In this document: positions 54,380 to 64,000 of the stretch, one piece after another
How the letters are laid out: the number at the start of each line of letters is the position of its first letter
Position numbering within the stretch: position 1 is the first letter of the stretch
Position numbers and translations under genes: made by a program
Source: Camelus dromedarius
Taxonomy: Eukaryota
DNA: 64,000 bases
NCBI RefSeq assembly: GCF_036321535.1
Contig: NC_087447.1
Coordinates: 52,206,001-52,270,000 of the forward strand
Direction of reading: 5' to 3'
The notes under the pieces: model-generated
The model's input: only the letters and a program-made list of their open reading frames with translations
Told to the model about the DNA's origin: nothing
Databases searched by the model: none

Positions 54380-55145
54380 TTTTTTTCCCCTTAATTGAAG
54401 TATAATTGATTTACAATGTTGTATTAGTTTCTGGTGTACAGCATAGTGGTTCAGTTATGCGTAAATACACACACACACACACTTTTGCATTACAGGCTAC
54501 TACAAGATATTGAATATAGTTCCCTGTGCTATATGGTAGGATCTTGTTGTTGATCTGTTTTATATACAGTAGTGTGTATGTACTAATCCCAAACTCCCAA
54601 TTTATCCCTCCCCTCCCCTTTCCCCTTTGGTAAGCGTAAGTTTGTTTTCCATGTCTGTGAGTCTGTTTCTGTTTTCTAAATAAGTTCATTTGTATGATTT
54701 TATAGATTCCACATATAAATGATATCATATGATATTTCTCTTTCTCTGCCTGACTTACTTAATATGATAATCTCAAGGTCCATCCATGTTGCTGCAAATG
54801 GCATTATTTCATTCATTTTTATGGCTAAGCAGTATTCTACTGTGTGTATATATCTATATACAGACATCACATCTTCTTTATCCATTCATCTGTCAATGGA
54901 CATTTAGGTTGATTCCATATCTTGGCTATTATAAATAGTGCTGCTATGAACACTGGGGTGAATATATCTTTTCAAATTGGAGTTTTCTCCAGATACATGC
55001 CCAGGAGTGGGACTGCTGGATCATTTGGTAAGTTTATTTTTAGTTTTTTAAGGAATCTCTGAATTGTTTTCCATAGTGGCTATACCAAATTACATTTCCA
55101 TCTACAGTGTGGGAGGGTTCCCTTTTCTCCACACCCTCTCCAACA
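54380..55145 (-). mobile_element. LINE-1 3' fragment (ORF2 C-terminus and 3'UTR), older copy
   Basis: Encodes EIMPFAATWMDLEIIILS (L1 ORF2 C-terminus) and has the same 3'UTR end (ttaattgaagtata on +) as the adjacent L1. Confidence 0.9.
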
Positions 55146-55448
55146 GGAAACTGACTTTTTAAAAAGACCCCACACCCACTCCCCCTGCCCCCATCACGGG
55201 CATGGAGTTCACTGTGGCCACCTTTCCTCCTGATCTCCTCACCTGCACACCTGTGGACAAAACAACTGAAGATGCCAGGCCTCTGCCTGCAGACCTCTCT
55301 CCTGGGGCTTCTGAGGAGCAGCCCTTGGGAGCCCTTCTCGAGAGAGGCAAGAGGTGGCCTGGATTTCCACACTTGCCCTGAGAAGTGGGACCCGAGCTGC
55401 CCGCGGGGCTGGGGGTGGGACTCGCAAGCCCATAGGCGGGGTTCTCAC

Positions 55449-55550
55449 CTCTGCCGCAGTCGGGGCCCAGGAAGCCCAGAAAGCAGTGGCAGGTCCCGGA
55501 GATGCAGTCGCCATTGCCATAGCAGTTGCTGGGGCAGTTATCCACAGATT
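55449..55550 (-). CDS. TENM4: Teneurin-4 coding exon, EGF-like repeat 1 (102 nt, phase 1-1): [34 protein letters not shown]
   Basis: Acceptor cctcccacag|AA and donor AG|gtgaga on the minus strand; 34 codons; the peptide matches the recalled human TENM4 EGF1. Confidence 0.97.
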
Positions 55551-56009
55551 CTGTGGGAGGAAAGAGAAGGAGAGCTGCAAATGGAAGCTTTTCTACCCAG
55601 AGGGCCAGGGATCCAGCCTCATGTTAATCAGGACACACCCTCTTGGGAGCTTCTGGACCAGTCATGGAAAGGAATCAATAAAGTTAAAAATCATATGTTT
55701 ACTCTGACTGAAGTACATCTCAACTGTCATTGAGAGACATGTTTCGGAAAATCTATGCCTAAATCAATTCTTTATAAATCATGTTTGTATCTGCAAACAC
55801 ATTAGAAATTATTCAGCTAAAACTCCTGGAGAAAACAGTTTAACCTGTCAGTGGTTATTTTTGGATGCTAGGTTCTGGGATGATTCTTGTGGTCTTGACA
55901 CTCTTCTGTGTTTAACATTTTTCTCTTGTGGGCTGATATTTCATTAATGTATTTTTTTCATAAAGCTTCTGGGGATTTGTAAATCTGTCTCTTCCCACCT
56001 CTGATTTTC

Positions 56010-56230
56010 ATCTGTCGGTCCAGGCCCCACCATCCTTCCCCGGGGCTAACACAACAGCCTCACGGCTGGCCTCACAGTCTCCGCTCTCCCTCCGCACCCT
56101 GATTCGTTCACCGCCCAGCTGCCTGAGCAATCTCTCTGAAACACAGCTGATCCTGTCATGCTCCTGCTTAAAACACTTCAATGGCCCCTCACTGGCTGAA
56201 ACCGGAAAAAAATCCAAGCTCTTTCAAACG
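56010..56230 (+). mobile_element. LINE-2 fragment
   Basis: ctctgaaacacagctgatcctgtcatgctcctgcttaaaacacttcaatggcccctc...aaatccaagctc. Confidence 0.7.
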
Positions 56231-59200
56231 GCAGAGGGGTTTTCTTTCATATTCCCTTTGTACTGTCTGCATCCCCGGCATTGCTGTCAGGCCCACCTTC
56301 TGCAGGGATGTTATTTTCTTTAACTCTTCCTCATACTTCTGGTTTTGTCTGTGTGACATGTCCACGAGATACAGAATTCATTTCAGGAAGATATTAGGAA
56401 AATATTAATCAATGTTTTATAGCTCCAGTTAATAAACCTGTCATCTAGAAAACCTGTTTATCTGGAACAGCCCTTTTCTCAATAATGTTAGACGTGGAAG
56501 CAATGAAAGAAGCCACTATACCCTGAACGCCTTCTTTGCACCAGGTGTTCGCACAAAGGTGATCTCATTCCACTGTCACTGAATCTTCAAGCATGTATTG
56601 ATGTTTCTAGTTTACAAACAATAACAACAAAACGAGGCTGGTAGACAGATGAAGTGAGTTGCTGAAAGCCACAGAGATACTAAGTCATGGAGGCAGGATT
56701 TGAACCCAGGATTTTGGACTCCAAGCTTGGTCTTCTTCAATGATACTACGCTATCTGCGCCTTGAAGGAATTTATTTCTCAGCTGAAGCCAGGAAATGAA
56801 AGAGGCAGGTCTGTGGGACAGTGAGGCCAGTCCTGAAGACAGAAAAGGACCTGTTGGAAGGCAGTGAATTCTAGAACTTTCAGAACTTGAAGGGATCCTG
56901 GAGACCACCTAGTCTAATGCTCTCATATACTAGAGAAGGAAACTGAGACCCAGAAGGAGGGCAGTGTCTCGCCCAAGGTTTCAAAGCGAGTCAGCAGAGT
57001 CAGAGTGAAAGCAGAGGAAAGGTTAGTACAGTGGGGCAGAGTTAAGGATCCAACCTGTTGTCTTAGTTCTAATTATATGTCATGAAGCCAAGACCTCTGT
57101 TAAATGAGATGTTACCATATAAGACATGAGCCTTGACCACAGGAAAGTTGTCGCCTACTAGGAGATCATGATAACAGCTGTCACCCTGGCAGCAGCACAG
57201 AGCTGGAAGATGTTCTGGCTGGAGGTAAGGAGACCTGGTTCTGGAGCCATTCTTCTAAAACCATGCTGGGTGACCTAAAGCAACTTCCCTCCCTCTCTGG
57301 GCCTCACCTACCTCCTATGTGAAAAGAGCAGAGATGATCCCCAGGACTGCTTCCTGTTCTAAAATTCCATGAGTCTATAATTAATTAAGAGAGCATCTGT
57401 GCAGAAAAGGCATCCTGACAAGGCCATCAAGTCTTAAATCCAGAGAATCACTTAGCACCAATGCAATGCATCTGATACGGGGCAAAACCAGCAGAAGGAA
57501 GGCTTCTTGGAGGAAGTGAGCTGGAAGAATGGCTGGAGTATGGGAAAATGGGGGAAAGAGAGTGGGGGAGGTTGAGGAGCTCACAACACGGTGCATTTCC
57601 CAGAAAGGTCTTTTCCCAGTTGTCCGCCATTATCAACTTGGAAATGACTTAAAACATTTGGGTAAGGGCTCAAACATGTGCTTCCTTTTGTGAGTGGGTG
57701 GGAAACTGCCCTCGCTCAATGTCTCTCTGCTAAGACGAGCAGTGTACTCCACTAACAGAGTTAAGAACCAAGGGTACGACCCAGCCAGTGTTGTCATTTC
57801 AGGCAGTCTGAAGCGCCTGCATCCCGGCAGAGTGAGGCTCACAGACCAGGGCCCTGAGCATCTCGACTCCCCATTGGCTTTGCCTGGAAGAATCCATATG
57901 CCTTTAAGTTCCTAAAGCCTCTAGGTGAGGAGGGCTTACAAAACACTGTTTTTAGAGAGACTGACTTAGGAAGTTTCCTTTTGAATATTCCTTTAAAAAT
58001 AAGAATTCTGAGTCAAGTTTAAGGCAAGATTATTTTCACATTAAACCACTGGCTAATGGTACAATTGGAGGGTGGGTTCCAGCTTCAGTCTTGCAGAAGG
58101 AGTGCATGGCAGAGAGGCAGAAGGCCTGGCTTCCAGGTCTTGTTCTGCTACTGAGGGGCTGTGGGACCTCGGCCGTGTTGCTTGATCTCTCTGCACCTGC
58201 TTCTTCTTCCTCGCACTCTCTCCTCCCATCCTTCTCTGCTGGCCAACTTCTATTCCTTCTTCTAAATCCAGTTCAAACATCACCTCTGCTTAGAAGACTT
58301 CTCAGTTCCTTAAACAGGCTGTTACTCCTGGGACTTTTCCCATCACCCCTACTAAGGCACCAGATAGTCTACACCGTTGACTGTGAAGTCCTTGAGGACA
58401 GAAACTGAGTTTATTCACTTATGTACTTGCTCTGGTATCCAGCCCTTAGAAGGGTCTCGATAAATGTTTGTTGCCATCCCTCAAAGAATTCACCTAGATG
58501 ATCTCCAAGATCCCTCTCAGATCTAAAATTCTATGGTTCAGGCTTTCTCAAACCCAGTGGTATAAAATACGTCTCCTAATACAATTACCATCATCACCAG
58601 CTGTGTTTTTAACAGGATCAGTTGCAGGTAACTGTCACACACTTTCTAGATTTGGAGTTAGGAAGTCTGTAAGATACAAACCTTTTCATCCAAAATGCCT
58701 TCAGAGTGAAAAAGTGAGGAAAGTATATTTTCTGTGACTGAGCATCATGCTGGTTGCTAAATCTAACAGAACAGAAGCCTGTTTGCTACAAAACTTGCCC
58801 CAGGCTGTTGGTGTCAGAGAAGGCAGAAGTTTTAGGAGACATGGAATAATTATACGAGAGTAACATGGAAGTATAAGGGAGATATTTGGAGAATATTTCC
58901 TTTTGATGAAATGTTTATGTACATAGTTTTTTTCCTCTTGGAAGTATTTCAACTACTTGGGGTCCACTTGGGATCCAAAAAATAATGAGTCTCCATTGAT
59001 CAGATATCTCTATGCTAAACGCTAGTGCAGAAGTGATACTCATTGGCTTGGGGGAAGTGTGAACTTTATTGCATAAACATGTTGTTATGTTTCCAATTAG
59101 TGTTTGGTGAATTTCTTCCCCCATAGTTCCTTCCTGCTTTACAATCATGCTCAAACTGCAGCCACCTTCATGTAACAGAAGGTGTACCTTAGATCTGCTC

Positions 59201-61859
59201 AGATCTGAATTAAAAATTCAGCTGCCTGTGAATAACTGATTTTCATAATTAGGTACATGGTATGTCGGAAAACAAGAGCATTTGCCCCAGACTTTTGTTT
59301 TTCTACCACAACAGTGGGTCCTGCTAGGAAACCTGATTTTCAGGAACTGGTTTTTCCTTCCATCTATATTGGGATGCAGAGTTTAAATGTTTCTTTAGCT
59401 CCTTCTCTGGACATGTGTTCTGAGAGGGTGTGTTTTCTGGATGTTGAACAAAATACTGCTCGAAACACAAAGGGGCATCTGCAGAAGGAAGAAAAGACAA
59501 CAGTGCTCCATCCCGGAGAAGACACGGGAGACAGGAAACCATAGAATCCTCAGTGAACCCACGGTACTGCCTCATTTTGCCTGCTCACCACCCTTTTCCA
59601 GAGACAAATCATCAGTACCGCTGTGTCAAGGTGAAAGATGATCACCTTTGATAGGTATGTCCACCTGAGTCTAAGGTCTTCATTTATCACCTCCTACTTT
59701 TCTTTTTAGAAATTCCAAAGCCTCATTTTGTAGGAAACAACAAGAGACCACAGAGGAAAATCCTGCCTGGGGGAGGACCACTGGGCAGCCTAATTACCTA
59801 CTGGACTCCGTTTTCCAGGGGCAGTTATACGAGAAGAGGAAGCGAGGCTTTTCTCCTCCATCACTGACCATGGTGTGATCACACCTGTCTCCTGCCCTGG
59901 TCTGATCAGGTAAACTTTTGCAGTGATTGGAGCCTGATGCTGGATTCCAGCACCAAAGCCAGAGGAACCAGCTGTGGGTGAGGTGGGAGCCTACTAGCCA
60001 ACCTCAGTCTCTCTTTTCTGCTCACCCATCACTTATCCCTCCCTCCCAGCACCTTCTCTCTGGCTAGTTTGCCTGTGATGTATCCCAGCTAACAGAGGCC
60101 TGTGCTTCCTGCCTATGGCTCCTTCCTCCAATTCTCTTGTCTCTCTTGAAGTTGCAAAGCTGGACATCGGCAACGCTCTGGAAGCGCTTGGTTGAAGAGC
60201 CAAGGTCTACCTAATGCCCAACAGAGAGAGATGCCCTCTCTGATGCCTCCTTTTGACTTCTCTTTAGAAGGATCGAAGCTAATGCTTCAGGCAAGAAGGA
60301 AGGAACCTGGACTCCAGAGCAGCCAGTTGGATGACTGGACACACCACCTTGACTACAGTTAGTGAAACTTATACTCCAGGTAACATCCATTACAACCTCT
60401 TTGATCCTGAAGCGGGGTTGGGTTTACTATTGACAACCAAAAGAAGAGAGGTTAACAAACATCACAGCACGGCTGATTTTACTTGTACAGCTACTCAAAG
60501 CTGAGAGAAGATTAACAGAGACTGCCTTACTCCTTCAAATGGATCTGTGAAACATATATCGCAAATTCTAATTTATTCCTTATAATTATGAGAAATAGGT
60601 GTCTTTGCCACAATTTCACAGTCTCAGATGGAGACGGAGAGCTGAAGTCACTTTCTTAAGATCACATAGCTACAAGGGCGAATCTGATAGGTGAACCACG
60701 TTCTATCTGAAGCCAAAGTTTGAGATATATGGCCTGGACCAAAGTATGGGCTCTGGTCTGATGCTAGCTATGAGCCCTTTGGACAATTCATCTCTAAATA
60801 ACCGTTTCCTCATCTCTGAAATGGAGTTAACAATAGCATGCACTTCGAAGAGCAAATAGTGTAACACTGCACATGTAAAGAGGTTTGCCCAGGACTTGGC
60901 AGAGTTGGTATTTTGGTTTTAAGTAAAGGTCACAAATGCCTTCCATTTGTGAACCCAAACAAAACGCCAGCTTGGTCTAATGAACCCAATCAAGGCCATG
61001 TGGGTTACGGGGGGTAAACATACACACAGACACACGTAAAACACATAGAAACTCCCCACGGTAAAAACAGGAAAGCAAACAAGCACTGTGCTGAACGTGA
61101 AGAAGGCAGGGTGTTTGGGGAAAGTTCCTCCTGGGGAACAGCACTGTCAAAGCAAATTAAACCTGTTGTCTCCCAGAAGCCCAAACACAGGCCAACTCAT
61201 GCCAAAACATGATAGAACTCTTCTCCCCTTGCACTCCAGATTGGCACTGGGCAGGTGCCAGGTGCTGGAAAGCTGTTCCGTGGCCTGTGAGGTGTCAGTC
61301 CCTGTAGGTGCCCCTGCTTTCTATGCAGATGATGGAATTCAAAGGCCTTCAGTCTGCAATAGTCCAGGTCAATGCAATGACAAAAACTTGACAAAGCCCC
61401 TGACAGCCTGGGCTTGAAGCCAATTCTGCACTGGCACTTGAACTGGGAGATCTGTTTTCAATTATACCCAGAAGTTTACCAACCACTATTAAGAACAGCT
61501 CCAGGGAGGGGTCTAGGAAAAAGACTGTTCCCTTGATTATGTTCAGTCTTGGTTCTTTGTTAATTCAGTCTTTGGGGCAAACCACATTTCACCCATGAGA
61601 CTGTGAGCTCCTTGAAGACAAGATGTCTGATTCTCCAAAGAGTCTGGTGAGCGTTACACACAAAGCAAGTTCTCAGTGACGTTTGTTGTATTGAGAAACT
61701 AAGGAGGAAACAGAGGAGAGAGGTCAGGGCAGTGGGTGTGACAACAGTCAGACTCAAGAAAACAGTTGGTGGCCAACAAAGCTATGTTTCCCTGCCCTGT
61801 ATTTTCAGATGTGCAAGGCCTCGAAGGATGAGGGAGTGATAGGAAGTTCAGCTTTGCAA

Positions 61860-62180
61860 TGCACTCTCAAACAGTACTCGGAACTCAGTTGTTCACATCT
61901 GGGAGCCACATTTAAGAGACTGATAAGGAACTGGAGCATGTTTATCGAAGAGCAACCAGAGGGATAAGAGAACCTGAAACCACATTTTAAATAAAGAATT
62001 CTTGAGTTAATTGGGAATTTAGCTTACTAAGGGAGTATGACCCCAGTTTAAAAATATCTAAAGGTCTATTACATGAAATAAGCATTAGACTTTCGCTTGG
62101 TGGCCCTAATAGGTTGATTTAGGTCCAGCGAGTAAGGACTGTGGTTCAAAGGAAGAAAGAATTCTGTAAGAGTCAGAGAT
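61860..62180 (+). mobile_element. L3/CR1 LINE 3' fragment
   Basis: tctgggagccacatttaagagactgataaggaactggagcatgtttatcgaagagcaaccagaggg resembles the recalled CR1/L3 3' consensus. Confidence 0.65.
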
Positions 62181-64000
62181 GAACACCACGTACTATGTTG
62201 GGTTACATTCTGTTGCTGTGTATGTATCTACTCAAATACTAAACTTCTTGAGGTGAGGAAATGTGTTATTCATCTCTGAATCTCCAGTAAATAGTATTCT
62301 TGACTCAAAGCAGCTGTTAAATGAAAGTTTGTTCGTTAAATGACCAAATGAATAGACGAGCAGATCTATAAGGTCACACATTTCCAGTTACTGATGTGCT
62401 GAAGGAGAGGGCAAATTATTGACTGGCAGGGGTCTTGCAGGCGCATTAAAGATAGATGGCATGGAATCTTCCAAATCTGAAACCTCAGGATTCTCTGAGT
62501 CGTGGTGTAAGGGGACACGCCTGGGCTGTTATCAAGAAACTTGGGTTATGGTCCTACTCCTGCCACTAGTTTGTTAGGTACCTTGGCCACATCCCTTTTT
62601 CTCTTAGAACTTTATTTTCACCTACAGAATTCATTAAATTTATTCAGCAAATACTTCATTAGAATCTACTCTGGCTCAGGAAGTGTTCTGATGCAGTGGA
62701 TGGCTCAGATGATCTTTCAGGTCTAACATCCTGTGATGGGATGAGTCAAATAAAATCATCACTATTTAGAAAACTATACTAACAGATAAGAAACTAAATC
62801 ATCATCAACCCATTTATGGCCTGACGGAGGGAAAGGAAGTTTGCTCTTTTAAGGGTAGCCTCCGACTTTTCAAACCTCCTTGCTGTGTCCTCAGATAACA
62901 AGCCTCAAATTATAATCTACCCCATGAGAGGGACCTCCAGTGAGTCGCTGAGGCCAAGGGCACAGGGATAGGAATAGAGAACAGGTGTCTCACTGGCTGC
63001 CTCTAGCCAAGAGCTCCCACCTCTCCTCCCAGGGCTGTTGGCTGCAGCTTTCACAGATGCCAGAGTCCCTGCAGTTGGCTCTGGTCCTGCTGCCCTTCCC
63101 AGAGAACTCTGCACACAACCTGGGAGCATGTGCCAGTGAGGCCACTGAGACACACGGCAGGTGGTAATGAGACTGACTATGCTGTTCAGGAGCACGAGGG
63201 CCTTCCAAGGAGGGGTGCCTGCTCTCGTGTCTGGATACACTTTTTCCTCCTTTATCTTTTATCCATCTTTCATTCACAGCTCCTTCTGAGAAGTAACACT
63301 CTGCCTACAGTTCTTGCTTCAGCAGGAAGCACAGGTGGACCAGAAGATTGGCCACACCTGCTCGGACCAAGTCCCAAGGGCCTGGTACACAGAGGCTCTG
63401 GGCCAGTCAGGGTCCCACTCTCGGGTCTGAACTCAAATGTGCCCAGGAATGAGGCAGTCAGTGATGAGAGTGGAAGCCAAAAGCCATGATGGAAGCAGGG
63501 GGCTAGTGAGGGTTATCTGGCCAGGTAGGAGCCCACATCCAGAGGAAGCCATCCTGAGTGAGCAGAGGCAGCTGGTGAATAGAGCTGAAGCTGAGAGAGC
63601 ACCAGGCCATGCCGCCCATGGGAAGAGAACCACTAGGGGCCTGGGAGCAGCCTGGGTGCCCAGAGGCTTCTCACTGCCTATTTTAGTCCCAAACCATGTG
63701 ACTTTTTTGAACCGACTTCACCACCACACCTGCCTTTCCTTGAGGTTGCCTGGGTGCTTTTTTGCTTCTGGTGACTGAAAGAATCTTGACAAGTCCATTC
63801 ACCTTGGACCTTATCCGCTCAACCTGACAGTCAGGTAGACCTTACCCGGCTTTGATGGTAACTGATGAATGCAGGACTTCATGTGTTTAAAGCATTTCTG
63901 CATACAGTTGCACATGGTTATATTTGATCCTTACAACAGCTTTGTATGTAGGAAGGGAAGGTGCTATTTATTACTCCCCGCATTGTAGATGGGAACACGA

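Noticed and set aside
60150..60540. Possible decayed Gypsy integrase (QLDDWTHHLD)
   Set aside because: A single short motif; I could not find flanking integrase motifs by eye. It would need a Dfam or BLASTX search.
55551..64000. Upstream TENM4 exon (…HLAFYNDGKESEVVSFLTTAI)
   Set aside because: Not found in the window; it presumably lies beyond the right edge.

Overview
Mammalian, very probably camelid, genomic DNA (a Vic-1-like tRNA SINE lies at ~18 kb). The window is entirely inside the teneurin-4 gene (TENM4, minus strand). It holds six phase-1/phase-1 coding exons for EGF-like repeats 1-8, including a 27-nt AHYLDRVVK microexon that the ORF track misses. The introns carry ordinary repeats: MIR, L2, L3/CR1, MER58A, a solo ERV LTR and two stacked L1 3' fragments. 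Three things are not explained by that picture. (1) A ~3.7-kb stretch (~20.3-24.0 kb, + strand, antisense to TENM4) with no recognisable MIR/L2 translates by hand into ordered, decayed motifs of 3-4 tandem protein-kinase domains, a candidate fossil nested gene. (2) A 50-bp orphan copy of part of the next TENM4 exon (MDPDCCLQPLCHVSPL) sits in the intron at 1.5 kb. (3) A candidate 16-nt stop-containing 'poison' microexon lies 0.6 kb downstream of the known microexon. All calls come from manual reading and recalled consensus sequences; no searches were run, and repeat boundaries are approximate unless a target-site duplication (TSD) is given.
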